A DNA stretch of 64,000 nucleotides from Rickettsiales bacterium (GCA_018969185.1 JAGWYT010000003.1:3843-67842), one strand, 5' to 3'. Shown: positions 16,950-27,461, counted from the first letter of the stretch. The notes: generated from the sequence alone by a model not told the origin. Program-made: numbers and translations.

Positions 16950-17021
16950 TTTAAGATTTTCAAAGATTGCTATTTACCGATTTCGGGAGTTTAAACCATC
17001 TAAGCAATTAATTCCACATTT

Positions 17022-18812
17022 TTATTTTATCATATTCGATTCAAATTCATCACGTGGTAAAAACGGATACATATCCTCCAAAGGCTTAGAAATTATACGT
17101 CCATCAGGAAGTTTTTCTGATGATAATTTTGGCTGAAAAATATAATCATGATCAAGCATCACTTCACAAACTAAAGGACCATCTTTTGCAAGAGCAGCCT
17201 TTACTTCATTTTCCAAATTATCATTACTTTTTATTGTCATTGAAGGCAATTCAAAAGCAGCAGCAATTTTAGCAAAATCAGGAGTTGAAACCCCCGAATT
17301 AGTGCTACAAGCAACCAGCTTTTCACCAAAGAAATTTCTTTGTGTTTGGCGAATTGAAGAATATCCAGCATTATTCAAAACAAAAATTTTGATCGGTAAA
17401 TTATAATGTTTCACCGTTTGTAGTTCTTGCAAATTCATCATAATACTGCCATCTCCAGCCAAACAAATCACATCTTTTTTACCATTAGCAAAGCAAGCTC
17501 CAATTGCCGCCGGCAAATCATAACCCATTGAAGCATCTCCCGAATTCCAGAAAATTCTTTGATCTTTCTTAACAATTCCCGCTTGAAATAAAGCCACACA
17601 AGCCGTGCCATTACCAGCAATAGTTGTTACGCCTTCTTTTGTTGCTGAAGTTAGAACTTGAATAAAATTATAAGGATTTATTAAACCTGATGATTTTTTA
17701 TATTCCGGATTTTTTGACGGATGATATTTGTCTCTTCTGAAAGCGCACCATTCAACCCATTCTTGTTTTGAAATTTCACCATTTATTTTTTTATTTAAAA
17801 GCGGCAAAAGATTTTTGAGATCAGCATTTATAGCAATATCTGCCTTAATTGTTGGTTTGTTCAATTCTGCCTTATCAATATCAACAATAATTTTTTTAGC
17901 GTTTCTCGCGAACATTTCCCAATTATAACTCACCTGACGAATATTATTTCTGGTGCCAAGAAACAGCACTAAATCAGCATTTTGTAAAGTAAAATTACCC
18001 GCCCTCTGCCCTATTGTACCGATTCTTCCCATATAAAGCGGATGATTGGAAACAATATTATCAACACCGTTAAATGTATTAACAAAAGGTATTTTTACTT
18101 TTGTCATTAACTGCTCTAAATCAGCAATTGTTCCTGAAACTCTAATACCATTTCCCGCCACAATAACTGGTCTTTTTGCTGATTTTAAATTAGCGATTAT
18201 TTCATCAACTTGTTTTTCTAAATCAGAAAAATTTTCTTCTACAATTATTTCTGCATCATTTAAATCATTCTCATCAATCATTGCACCTTGAATATTGATA
18301 GGAATATCAATCCAAGTTGGACCAGGTCTACCACTTGTTGCAAGGTAAATTGCCTTATGTAAAATTCTTTTAATATCCTTAGGATCTCTAACCATCTCAG
18401 CATATTTAGTAATAGGCTTCACCATTGCAATTATATCAACTTCCTGATCACCAAGCTGGCGCAAATTTAAATTAGGCACAGAATCAAGAGTTGTTTCATG
18501 CTTCACCTGACCAGAAATATAAAGCGCTGGCACCGAGTCAGTCCATTGCCCAAAAACGCCATTTAAAGCATTAACTCCACCAGGGCCAGTTGTAACATTT
18601 ATTACAGGCAATTTTCCTGCAAACCTAGCATAACCTTCTGCAGCAATGGCTGAAGCCTGCTCATGATGATTACAAACATATTGTAATTTCTCATGTTTAC
18701 CAAGAGAATCATTTAAATGCATTGCCCCGCCACCTGAAATCATAAATACGTGCTCAACACCATATTTTACAAGTTCTTTAGCTATATAATCAGAAAGTTT
18801 TATTTTTGACAT
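17022..18812 (-). CDS. thiamine-diphosphate enzyme of the acetolactate synthase large-subunit family (three-domain, YerE/ALS/IolD-like)
   Basis: 596 aa, ATG start. N-terminal Pyr domain (GVEHVFMISGGGAMHLND), middle domain, and C-terminal PP domain with the ThDP motif GDGSIMMNLQELQT...NNAGY. Last gene of the polysaccharide locus. Confidence 0.85.
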   Translation of the reverse strand: MSKIKLSDYIAKELVKYGVEHVFMISGGGAMHLNDSLGKHEKLQYVCNHHEQASAIAAEGYARFAGKLPVINVTTGPGGVNALNGVFGQWTDSVPALYISGQVKHETTLDSVPNLNLRQLGDQEVDIIAMVKPITKYAEMVRDPKDIKRILHKAIYLATSGRPGPTWIDIPINIQGAMIDENDLNDAEIIVEENFSDLEKQVDEIIANLKSAKRPVIVAGNGIRVSGTIADLEQLMTKVKIPFVNTFNGVDNIVSNHPLYMGRIGTIGQRAGNFTLQNADLVLFLGTRNNIRQVSYNWEMFARNAKKIIVDIDKAELNKPTIKADIAINADLKNLLPLLNKKINGEISKQEWVEWCAFRRDKYHPSKNPEYKKSSGLINPYNFIQVLTSATKEGVTTIAGNGTACVALFQAGIVKKDQRIFWNSGDASMGYDLPAAIGACFANGKKDVICLAGDGSIMMNLQELQTVKHYNLPIKIFVLNNAGYSSIRQTQRNFFGEKLVACSTNSGVSTPDFAKIAAAFELPSMTIKSNDNLENEVKAALAKDGPLVCEVMLDHDYIFQPKLSSEKLPDGRIISKPLEDMYPFLPRDEFESNMIK

Positions 18813-18822
18813 ATTCTAATAA

Positions 18823-19902
18823 TTAGATAATCGAGCTAAACATCTTCAAAGCTTCAAGAGCTTCTTCTTTTGATAAGTCAGTTATTTTGATAAATTCATA
18901 ATTGCTTTTCATCATTATTAAAGCAAGGCCAGAGCCTGTGTTCTTCTTATCTTTTGTCATCGCTTCAATAATCTTATCCTGATCAAATTTGATATTTGCC
19001 AAATTAATTTTGATAATTGGTTTTAAAATTTTATTGCGCACAAATTCTTCCACTTCCAAAGAAAGCAAAGATTTTGATCTAGCAACTAAATTAGCAATTA
19101 TCATACCAAGAACAACTGCCTGACCGTGCGGAACGGCAAAGTTAGTTGAAGATTCAATAGCGTGACCAAAACAATGACCATAATTCAACAAATTTCTTCT
19201 TCCCTCATCAAACTCATCTTCTTCAATGAATGATTTTTTTATAGCCAAACATCTTTTTACTGATTTTAACAAAATTTCATTGTCAAAATTAAAAACTCCA
19301 TCAATAGACTTTACGAAAGCCTTAGAATCATCTTCGCCGCCAATTAAATGTAGCTTTGCCATTTCACCAACACCGCTGGCAAAATCTTCAATTTTTTGAG
19401 TTTTAAGAAATTCAGAATAAATATAAATTTCAATCGGCGAAAAAAAAGTTCCAATCAAATTTTTATATTTTTTATAATTCAAAGATGTTTTAGCACCAAT
19501 ACAACTATCATCTTGAGCAAGTAAAGTTGAAGGAATAAAAATCCATTTTACACCGCGATATAATGTTGAAGCCACAAATCCGCTAATGTCTTGCAAAATT
19601 CCACCACCAATTGAAATAAGAACTAAATTTTTTTTTGGCGATAATTTTATTATTTCATCATAAAGAAACTGCACTGTATCAAGATTTTTTCTATCTTCAT
19701 CAATTTCCAAAATAATTTTATTAGCATCTTTTATTTTGCTAAGAGATGAATCTTTATGCAATTCCCACAAGTTTTTATCAATTACAAAAAGTGAATTTTG
19801 AACCTTTAATAACTTATCAAAAAAAGAAGGGTCTGATTCAAAAAATACTTTATAATTTCCAAGCCTCGATTTTATTTCAATTTGATCTTGCACTACTGGC
19901 AC
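18823..19902 (-). CDS. 3-dehydroquinate synthase-like / sugar-phosphate-cyclase family protein
   Basis: 359 aa, GTG start overlapping the SDR stop. GGGILQDISGF, IPSTLLAQDDSCIGAKTSLN, NLIGTFFSP and NYGHCFGHAIE...PHGQAVVLGM mirror the DHQS NAD and metal motifs. Confidence 0.75.
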   Translation of the reverse strand: MPVVQDQIEIKSRLGNYKVFFESDPSFFDKLLKVQNSLFVIDKNLWELHKDSSLSKIKDANKIILEIDEDRKNLDTVQFLYDEIIKLSPKKNLVLISIGGGILQDISGFVASTLYRGVKWIFIPSTLLAQDDSCIGAKTSLNYKKYKNLIGTFFSPIEIYIYSEFLKTQKIEDFASGVGEMAKLHLIGGEDDSKAFVKSIDGVFNFDNEILLKSVKRCLAIKKSFIEEDEFDEGRRNLLNYGHCFGHAIESSTNFAVPHGQAVVLGMIIANLVARSKSLLSLEVEEFVRNKILKPIIKINLANIKFDQDKIIEAMTKDKKNTGSGLALIMMKSNYEFIKITDLSKEEALEALKMFSSII

Positions 19903-20597
19903 GAAAATCCTCCATCAATAAAAACCGTTTGCCCAGTTATGTAAGTATTTTTCTCTGAAGATAAAAAATAAACCAATTCAGCAATTTCAGATGTTTTAGC
20001 TAATCTCTTAATTGGAAGATTTGATTCAATTGCTTTTATTTGTTCAGGGGAATTATTTTTTCTGGTTAGATCAGTATCAACAAAACCCGGAGCCACTGAA
20101 TTTACAAGAACATTATTTGCTGCAAATTCAACCGCAGACGATCTTGTAAAAGCATTAATTGCTGATTTAGCAGAAGAATAAACTGATCTACCTGGTTTTG
20201 ATAACTGGCTCCAAATTGAACTAATATTAACAATTCTACCATAATTATTTTGTGCCATCTTTGGCGCAAAAGCTTTAATTAAGGCAATTGGAGCAATTAA
20301 ATTAATTTGTAATGATTGTTTTAAATTATCTTCTGTTATAGCAGAAATATTTTCTATGACATTGATTCCTGCATTGTTAACAAGTATGTCAACATTAAGA
20401 GCGGAATTTTTTTCTAAAAATGAGTGAATTGATTTTTCTGATGACAAATCAAGCTGCTCTCTGGTTGGTGCTATGACCTCAATATTATTCTTACTAAATA
20501 ATTCAGCGATAGAAAAACCTATTCCTCTGGAAGCACCAGTTATAAGAGCCTTTTTAGTATCTTTTTTTTTATTCAACAGACCCTCCAGCTTGAGCAA
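19893..20597 (-). CDS. short-chain dehydrogenase/reductase (FabG-like)
   Basis: 234 aa. ALITGASRGIG, NNAG, S...YSSAKSA catalytic triad, PGFVDT. The track start is TTG at 20597. A TTG at 20576 (MNKKKDTKKALITG) is an alternative. Confidence 0.85.
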   Translation of the reverse strand: MLKLEGLLNKKKDTKKALITGASRGIGFSIAELFSKNNIEVIAPTREQLDLSSEKSIHSFLEKNSALNVDILVNNAGINVIENISAITEDNLKQSLQINLIAPIALIKAFAPKMAQNNYGRIVNISSIWSQLSKPGRSVYSSAKSAINAFTRSSAVEFAANNVLVNSVAPGFVDTDLTRKNNSPEQIKAIESNLPIKRLAKTSEIAELVYFLSSEKNTYITGQTVFIDGGFSCQ

Positions 20598-21387
20598 TCA
20601 ATTTTTTATAACGCGCTTCAAGCATATCAAGTCTTTGCTCATCTTCTTTGTGAATTGAACCATAAAAATCTCTTTTATTTTTCAACCACATCAATTCAAA
20701 ACCAACAGCTTTTAAAATTGCTTTATCAGCATTCTCATCTAAAGCCTCTGGGCACTTAAAAATTACTTTTCTAGTTTCATAACGGCTAATTGTTCCCGCC
20801 GGTAATTTTCTAAAAAATGGCAAAGATTCAGCAGAAACCCCACCACCAATTATAAGATCAAGATTGTGTTCTTTAGCCTTAAGCGCAATTTCATTTGCTA
20901 TTTTAAAAATTTTATCTGAATTAACTTCATCTCGCGAAAGATTCATAGAACCACTCATATCAACCCTTCCAAGCACAATACCATCTAACAACTCTTTCGC
21001 TTCTGGTAGTGCAAGCATTGAATCAAGATTGTTATATCCAGTAATCGTTTCAATATTTACTAAGAATGATACTTCATCTCTTTCTTCAGGTGAGAAAACT
21101 AATTTTGTTGCAGCTAAATATTTTTTTAATGCATAAGCAGTTTCAACCATAGGAGCAACTATCTTATTAACCCCAATTACTCTTGCTTCATACATATCTT
21201 TTATAGCTTCACAACCACCAATTTTTATAGTCAAATCAAGACCCGCTTTTGACACAACTTCTTTTAATCTCATAGCTTCTTCTAATCTGGTTCCTTCAGC
21301 TTCAAATTCAGCTTTAACACCAACAACATTATGATTTTGCCTCAAATCTTGCAAAACTGAAACCATCTTTTTCTCTAAATTATTCAT
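20569..21387 (-). CDS. HpcH/HpaI aldolase / citrate-lyase-beta-like TIM-barrel protein
   Basis: 272 aa, ATG start. KIVAPMVETAYALKKY and LDGIVLGRVDMSGSM resemble the HpcH-family PMVE and G..D motifs. The assignment is to the fold family only. Confidence 0.55.
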   Translation of the reverse strand: MNNLEKKMVSVLQDLRQNHNVVGVKAEFEAEGTRLEEAMRLKEVVSKAGLDLTIKIGGCEAIKDMYEARVIGVNKIVAPMVETAYALKKYLAATKLVFSPEERDEVSFLVNIETITGYNNLDSMLALPEAKELLDGIVLGRVDMSGSMNLSRDEVNSDKIFKIANEIALKAKEHNLDLIIGGGVSAESLPFFRKLPAGTISRYETRKVIFKCPEALDENADKAILKAVGFELMWLKNKRDFYGSIHKEDEQRLDMLEARYKKLIAQAGGSVE

Positions 21388-21399
21388 GATTCTATTATT

Positions 21400-22281
21400 T
21401 TATTTATCGGTTAGTAGGACTTGTTTATCAATATCACTCTTATTGTTTGAATACCAACCATAAAGATCTCTAATTGAATTCTCAATTTTTTTAAACTCAA
21501 AATTAAACTCTTTTTTTAATCTGGTGTTATCTCCACTGTATTCTAGTTCCAAACCATCTTTAGCAACTGTAACTGGCAAGTTTTTTTGAGAAATCAATTT
21601 AACAATTTTAACAATTTCTAGAAGTTCTATCGAATAATCTGGTGTAATATTATAAGATTTATGCTTAACTTCATTTTCAATAAAAAACTCCAAAATTGGC
21701 ATTAAATCATCAACATCAATATAATCAAATTTACGATTTTGTTTTATAGTAATTGGCAAATCAAATAATGTTTTACATATTGCGTTAGAAATGAATCTAA
21801 TTGCATAATCTTCATATTTACCAAATATTCCAAACACCCTTAAATCAATAACTTTTTCTGAATTTTCAATATATTTTCCAGTTACATATTTACAAAACCC
21901 ATGATCATCCGCAGGTATATATTCACCAAAATATTCTTCCTTCATTTTTGGTTTATAATTTCTCATATCATATATTGCACCAGAACCAATATTTAGCATC
22001 TTACCAAAAGAAGCAGAATATTTTTCTAAGTTAAAAAACATACGATTATTACTATAAAACAAACCATTAACATCAGAAGCATTGCGATGTCCAGGTCTAC
22101 AAGCAGAATGAATTACAACATCGAAACTCTTATTAGAAAAAAAATTCTTCACACTTTCTTCATCTGATAAATCAAGCTCTAAACGTTTTGGGGCAAAAAT
22201 TTGATATTTTTTTGATAGATCAGATTCAAGAATATTTTTTCCTACAAAGCCTGAACCACCAGTAAGAAGAATTCTTTTCAT
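21400..22281 (-). CDS. NAD-dependent epimerase/dehydratase family protein
   Basis: 293 aa, ATG start. N-terminal Rossmann motif ILLTGGSGFVGKN. ATGA overlap with the gtrA-like gene. Confidence 0.8.
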   Translation of the reverse strand: MKRILLTGGSGFVGKNILESDLSKKYQIFAPKRLELDLSDEESVKNFFSNKSFDVVIHSACRPGHRNASDVNGLFYSNNRMFFNLEKYSASFGKMLNIGSGAIYDMRNYKPKMKEEYFGEYIPADDHGFCKYVTGKYIENSEKVIDLRVFGIFGKYEDYAIRFISNAICKTLFDLPITIKQNRKFDYIDVDDLMPILEFFIENEVKHKSYNITPDYSIELLEIVKIVKLISQKNLPVTVAKDGLELEYSGDNTRLKKEFNFEFKKIENSIRDLYGWYSNNKSDIDKQVLLTDK

Positions 22282-22697
22282 ATGGTTTTAAATGTGAAAT
22301 ATTTATGTAAGAGATAGCTAAAAAAAGCTATTATCGCAGCATTCATAAAGCTCGCATAGCGTGGATCAATTCTAAATATAGTGCAAAATATATAAAGTAA
22401 TAATAAATTACCAAATAAAGAACCAAGATATGTAATGTTAATTCTTATATATTCATGCAACAAATTTCCTTTAGTGCGAAAAACAAAATATTTAAGAGTT
22501 ATAAATGATTGCATTACAGAAAAAATGTGACAAATCACAGCCACAACCATATAATGCCATAGATCTTTTAGTAATGTATAAACAACTATAAAGAGACTTA
22601 AACTAAAAAGTGTATTCCAACCTCCAACCAATATATACCTTACTTCCTGAGGCAGTTTAAAGAAAAAATTATTTAACAATTGTGATAATATTTTCAT
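22278..22697 (-). CDS. GtrA-family membrane protein
   Basis: 139 aa, ATG start, four TM helices. VRYILVGGWNTLFSLSLF is the typical GtrA N-terminus. Confidence 0.7.
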   Translation of the reverse strand: MKILSQLLNNFFFKLPQEVRYILVGGWNTLFSLSLFIVVYTLLKDLWHYMVVAVICHIFSVMQSFITLKYFVFRTKGNLLHEYIRINITYLGSLFGNLLLLYIFCTIFRIDPRYASFMNAAIIAFFSYLLHKYFTFKTI

Positions 22698-22715
22698 CTT
22701 TAAATAAAATACAAT

Positions 22716-23492
22716 CTACTTCCAGACCTTCCACGGAGCATTTCCAGATTGCCATAATTCTTCAAGGTGATTTTTATCACGCAAAGTATCCATTGGCTGC
22801 CAAAATCCTTTATGCTTATAAGCCATTAATTGATTGTCTTTAGCTAAATTTTTTAAAGGCTCTTGTTCCCATAATGTTTTATCACCTTCAATATAATTTA
22901 TTACTTTAGGAGATAAAACAAAAAATCCACCATTAATAAAACTACCATCGCCATCAGGTTTTTCCTGAAATTCAGTAATTAAACTTTGCTGATCAATATT
23001 CAGCGCACCAAATCTTCCCGGAGGTTGAGTTGCCGTGAGAGTAGCTAATTTTTTATGATTTTTATGAAACTTAATAAGCTCTGCAATATTAACATCAGAA
23101 ACGCCATCACCATAAGTTAAACAAAAATTCTCATCGTCTTTTACATAATCATAAATACGTTTAATTCTACCACCAGTCATTGATGTCTCACCAGTGTCAA
23201 TCAATGTAATCTTCCAATCTTCCGCATAATTATTATGCACTTCAACGCTATTATCGACCAAGTTGATTGTCATATCTGACATATGACGATAATAATTCAC
23301 AAAATATTCCTTAATTGAATAACCCTTATAACCAAGACAAATTATAAAATGATTTATTCCATAAGCTGAATAAATTTTCATGATATGCCATAAAATTGGC
23401 TTACCTCCAACCTCAACCATTGGTTTTGGTCTGGTTCCAGTTTCTTCACTAATTCTGGTGCCAAGACCACCAGCTAAAATTACTGCTTTCAT
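22716..23492 (-). CDS. rfbF: glucose-1-phosphate cytidylyltransferase
   Basis: 258 aa, ATG start. MKAVILAGGLGTRISEETGTRPKPMVEVGGKPILWHIMK...GYKGY.IKEYF...TGGR...GFWQPMDTLRDK is the RfbF/DdhA pattern. Confidence 0.92.
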   Translation of the reverse strand: MKAVILAGGLGTRISEETGTRPKPMVEVGGKPILWHIMKIYSAYGINHFIICLGYKGYSIKEYFVNYYRHMSDMTINLVDNSVEVHNNYAEDWKITLIDTGETSMTGGRIKRIYDYVKDDENFCLTYGDGVSDVNIAELIKFHKNHKKLATLTATQPPGRFGALNIDQQSLITEFQEKPDGDGSFINGGFFVLSPKVINYIEGDKTLWEQEPLKNLAKDNQLMAYKHKGFWQPMDTLRDKNHLEELWQSGNAPWKVWK

Positions 23493-23542
23493 ATAAACTA
23501 TTTTTTATATTTTACTTTGATATTAAAATCTGAAAAAAACAT

Positions 23543-24457
23543 TCAGGACATGCTTTTAGACTGAGTCTTATCAATGAATTTATCAAGTTGAACAAAAAAA
23601 TTATCAACTGCTTTAAAATAAGTTTCTTGAGCTTTTTCTACAGTATCTTTTGCTCTTTCTATTTCTTCTTTATTGTCATAATTAGCCATTCCATATCTTC
23701 CTAACTCGTAAGTTGCCAAAGGGTCATCCTTAAAATGTTTATTTTTTATCAATATCGCAGGACAACCACATAAAATTGCTTCGCTGATTAGAGATGTGTC
23801 CTCATATGAATAGAAAAATTCACTTTTTCTTAATAATTCAGCAATTTCTTGTTTTGTTTGAGAATCTTCTTTATTACAAGTTATTTCAATAGAGTTATTG
23901 GTTACATCAAATAATTCTCCTTCAAAGGAATCTCTATATTTACTTGCATAAAAACAACTGCCACTTCTTTTGCTATTTTTATTTTCTGGCGGATAAAATA
24001 TTGTAGAGTCTGATATTGGCATAAATAAAACATCATCTAGCGAAGCATTTGCACGATCTGCTATTTTTCTTGTATAAGAAAACACCAAATCACTTTCTGG
24101 AAAATTTTTATCTCCACCTAACAATCCGGGATAGTTTAATAGATACCTTACCACACATTTAGAATTTAGAGGATTTCCAATTATAATATCTGGATACACA
24201 ACTATAGGTGTTTTGTTATGTTTTCTATGAATTTCTGCAGTGCCATCGGTAAGAAATGAGGTTATAAGATTTGGATTGTGATAATGATGCCTATTATCAA
24301 TACCCATACCAATCAAATATGCAGGAAAACCCTTTAAATTCAAATGATGGCACAATCTATGAAGGACTACAAGCCCAGCAGACTTTTCATTGTAAGATGG
24401 AGATACAATGTAATAAGGATTAACATTATTATTTGTTGCAATAATTTTATTTATCAT
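23543..24457 (-). CDS. hypothetical protein, possibly GT-B-type glycosyltransferase
   Basis: 304 aa, ATG start. The only weak cue is the C-terminal E..LISEAILCGCPAIL, which resembles the GT1/GT4 donor-binding helix. Sits within the polysaccharide locus. Confidence 0.4.
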   Translation of the reverse strand: MINKIIATNNNVNPYYIVSPSYNEKSAGLVVLHRLCHHLNLKGFPAYLIGMGIDNRHHYHNPNLITSFLTDGTAEIHRKHNKTPIVVYPDIIIGNPLNSKCVVRYLLNYPGLLGGDKNFPESDLVFSYTRKIADRANASLDDVLFMPISDSTIFYPPENKNSKRSGSCFYASKYRDSFEGELFDVTNNSIEITCNKEDSQTKQEIAELLRKSEFFYSYEDTSLISEAILCGCPAILIKNKHFKDDPLATYELGRYGMANYDNKEEIERAKDTVEKAQETYFKAVDNFFVQLDKFIDKTQSKSMS

Positions 24458-24482
24458 GAGTTAATTCTTAAGCAATATGATA

Positions 24483-25676
24483 TTATTTATAACTCTTCAA
24501 AAACTCAGTAATTGTTCCATGCATGTGAGCAATCATTTCCCCATTCAATCCATGATGACAAGCAAGTAAAACTCCACCACGCATGATATTATCAGCATTT
24601 TTAAGATCCTTAGCTTTTCTCATTTCAAGATTTTTGAATCCTGGTTGTCTGGTAATATTTCCAGTGAATACAACTCTTGTTTGAATATTTCTTTTTTCTA
24701 AGAAAATTTGAAACTCATGACGCTTAAATGGTGCAGTTTCTTTGATAATAATTGGGAACGCTAACCAACCAGTTCTGGCGTTTGTTGTTTCTTCAGGTAA
24801 TGTGAAAAATTCTTCATATTGCTTAAAGAAATTAGTTTGAGTTTGGTAATTTTTACGTCTTGTAACAATATTATTTTCTAAATCTTCTAATTGTTTCAAA
24901 CCAAAAGCTGCGCCAATTTCAGAACCTTCAAGATTATAACCAATTGTTTCAAAAACAAATTTCGCATCATATTTAATGCCATCAACATCAACATTAAAAC
25001 GGTTTTCTATGCTTTCAGATTTTTCATCAAAAATTGAAGAGCTTCTGCCCCAAGAACGCAGTAATTTTGATCTTCTTAAATGCTCATCATCATTAATACA
25101 AAGTGCGCCACCATTTCCCGCACAATTGATAATATGCGAACCATAAAAACTGGTAATTGACATATCAGACCATGCGCCACTTGACTTACCATTCAAAGTT
25201 GCACCAAGAGTATCCGCTGAATCTTCAATTATTTTCAAATTATGTTTCTTAGCAATTTCAGCAATTTTGTCCCACTGACAAATGTTTCCAATCAGATTTG
25301 GAGCGACAATTGCAACAGTTTTAGGTGAAATCATTTCTTCAATTTTGCTTACGTCAATACAATAGTCAGAAACCCCAACATCAACAAAAACAGGAACCAA
25401 ACCACTTTTTACAATACAACCAACAGTTGTAGAAAATGTAAGAGCTGGAGTTATAACTTCACTTCCTTTTTTAAAACCAAAAGCTTCCATACCAATATAA
25501 AGCGCAGAAGAGCCAGAATTAACGTAAAGACAATGTTTTTTGTCAAAAAGTTGGGCAATTCTCGCTTCAAATTCACGGGCATATTTACCCATTTGCGTGC
25601 CTTCATTTAAGCATTTGACAACGGCATCAATTTCTTTTTGTCCGTAAACAGTTTTAGCATAAGATACTGAGATCAT
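24483..25676 (-). CDS. DegT/DnrJ/EryC1-family PLP/PMP sugar enzyme, RfbH (CDP-4-keto-6-deoxyglucose 3-dehydrase)-like
   Basis: I prefer ATG at 25676 (MISVSYAKTVYGQKEI) because the track start at 25724 is TTG. VNSGSSALYIG, GYNLEGSEIGAAFGLKQLEDL and the position between rfbF and rfbG fit RfbH/ColD-type enzymes. Confidence 0.75.
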   Translation of the reverse strand: MISVSYAKTVYGQKEIDAVVKCLNEGTQMGKYAREFEARIAQLFDKKHCLYVNSGSSALYIGMEAFGFKKGSEVITPALTFSTTVGCIVKSGLVPVFVDVGVSDYCIDVSKIEEMISPKTVAIVAPNLIGNICQWDKIAEIAKKHNLKIIEDSADTLGATLNGKSSGAWSDMSITSFYGSHIINCAGNGGALCINDDEHLRRSKLLRSWGRSSSIFDEKSESIENRFNVDVDGIKYDAKFVFETIGYNLEGSEIGAAFGLKQLEDLENNIVTRRKNYQTQTNFFKQYEEFFTLPEETTNARTGWLAFPIIIKETAPFKRHEFQIFLEKRNIQTRVVFTGNITRQPGFKNLEMRKAKDLKNADNIMRGGVLLACHHGLNGEMIAHMHGTITEFLKSYK

Positions 25677-25810
25677 TTGAAATAATATTGAGTTGATAAA
25701 ATGATTATTTGTGATTTGTAACAAATAATCTTGTAATTCAAGAATTTTCTATTTTTATAATTAAAAATTTATAATTTCTTAAATCAATTTATAAAAGATG
25801 GTTTTGGTTC

Positions 25811-26896
25811 TTATAGATAATAACAGTGTCTACACAAATTACAAAATTCTTCTATCTGTTTTTTGGTAAAATCACCCACTAAATCTCTATTTTCCAAATA
25901 TTTCAAATACCACTCTGCTGTCATTTTAATAGCATTATCAAAATTTAAAACTGGATAAAAATTCAATTCTTCTTTAGCCTTACTATTATCAAGTTTCAAA
26001 ATACCAGCCTCATGCAAATTACAATTCTCACTTATTTTATAAGAACCTAATTGTAAGTTCTTTATTAAAGACTTTGTTAAATTCTCAACATTAACTTCTG
26101 CATCTTTATCTGGTCCAAAATTATAGGCTTTAGCAAAAAATTCACCTTTCTCATAAAGATTTTTTGTCAAAATTAAATAACCATGAAGTGGTTCTAACAC
26201 ATGTTGCCAAGGTCTAATCGCATTTGGTGAACGCAACTGAACTTCTTTCTTATCTTTAATGCTACGAACAATATCAGGAATAATTCTATCACAAGAAAAA
26301 TCTCCACCACCAATAACGTTTCCTGCACGCGCTGAAGCAAGATGAATTCCTTCCTTAGTAAAAAATGAACGACGATAAGATGAAGTTAAAATTTCAGCGC
26401 AAGCCTTGCTTGACGAATAAGGATCATAACCACCCATCGGATCCTCTTCTCTGTAGGCATAATCAATTTCCTTATTTTCGTAACATTTATCAGTTGTTAT
26501 ATTTAAAACTGCCTTAACTGACCCTGATTTTCTTGCCGCTTCAAAAAGATTAAGCGTGCCAATAATATTAGTTTCATAAGTTTCCTTTGGATCGACGTAA
26601 GATCTTCTTACCAAAGGCTGTGCTGCCATATGAATAATTATTTCAGGCTGAAATTCTTTTACCGCATTCCCAAGTTCAATTTCATTTCTGATATCCGCGA
26701 TAATTGATTTTTCTAAACCATCTTCAACTTTTCCTAAATTGAACAAACTTTCTTCATCGGCTTTCAAGGCATAACCGACAACTTTTGCACCCATCTGAGA
26801 AAGCCACAAAGCAAGCCAAGAACCTTTAAAACCTGTATGACCGGTTAAAAATATCTTTTTTCCTTTATAGAATTTTTGCAAATCATTAAAACTCAT
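25811..26896 (-). CDS. rfbG: CDP-glucose 4,6-dehydratase
   Basis: 361 aa, ATG start. KKIFLTGHTGFKGSWLALWL, YDPYSSSKACAE and RAGNVIGGGD are canonical RfbG/DdhB motifs. Confidence 0.92.
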   Translation of the reverse strand: MSFNDLQKFYKGKKIFLTGHTGFKGSWLALWLSQMGAKVVGYALKADEESLFNLGKVEDGLEKSIIADIRNEIELGNAVKEFQPEIIIHMAAQPLVRRSYVDPKETYETNIIGTLNLFEAARKSGSVKAVLNITTDKCYENKEIDYAYREEDPMGGYDPYSSSKACAEILTSSYRRSFFTKEGIHLASARAGNVIGGGDFSCDRIIPDIVRSIKDKKEVQLRSPNAIRPWQHVLEPLHGYLILTKNLYEKGEFFAKAYNFGPDKDAEVNVENLTKSLIKNLQLGSYKISENCNLHEAGILKLDNSKAKEELNFYPVLNFDNAIKMTAEWYLKYLENRDLVGDFTKKQIEEFCNLCRHCYYL

Positions 26897-26911
26897 ATAA
26901 ATATTTTTTAA

Positions 26912-27430
26912 TTACAAAAATTTAATCAAATTAGAATCGCGTTCTGAGATAATTGGATTTTTCACACCCCAATCAAAACCAAATGAATTCCATAATATTC
27001 CATTATCAGAATCTTTGCAAAATTCTCCAGACTGCAAATAATTAACTATTGATTTTTCAGTTAATGTTAGAAAACCATGTGCAATACCTTCACATAATAA
27101 AACCATATTTGAATTTTTCTCGGACAAAATTACAGATTCAAATAAACCATAAGTTGGTGAATCTTTTCTAATATCTAAAAAAACATCCAATACTTCCCCA
27201 CTAAAACAAGAAACCAACTTTTTAACTTGATTAGGATTATTCTGAAAATGCATCCCTCTAATACAATCTTTCTTTGAAACTGAAAAAAATGATTCATCAA
27301 AATTTATATCTATACCATTTTTTTTAAAAATAGATTTATTATAAATTTTTGCAAAAGATCCCCTATTATCACTATGAACATTACATTTAATTATGTAGCA
27401 TCCTTTGATTTTAGATTCTATAAATTCCAT
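26912..27430 (-). CDS. NDP-4-dehydro-6-deoxyhexose 3,5-epimerase (RfbC/cupin family)
   Basis: 172 aa, ATG start. D.RGSF, IRGMHFQ, KLVSC..GEVLDVFLDIR..SPTYG and GIAHGF are RmlC-family motifs. Confidence 0.85.
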   Translation of the reverse strand: MEFIESKIKGCYIIKCNVHSDNRGSFAKIYNKSIFKKNGIDINFDESFFSVSKKDCIRGMHFQNNPNQVKKLVSCFSGEVLDVFLDIRKDSPTYGLFESVILSEKNSNMVLLCEGIAHGFLTLTEKSIVNYLQSGEFCKDSDNGILWNSFGFDWGVKNPIISERDSNLIKFL

Positions 27431-27461
27431 TATTATGCTTAAAAAAGATATTAGATATGTT

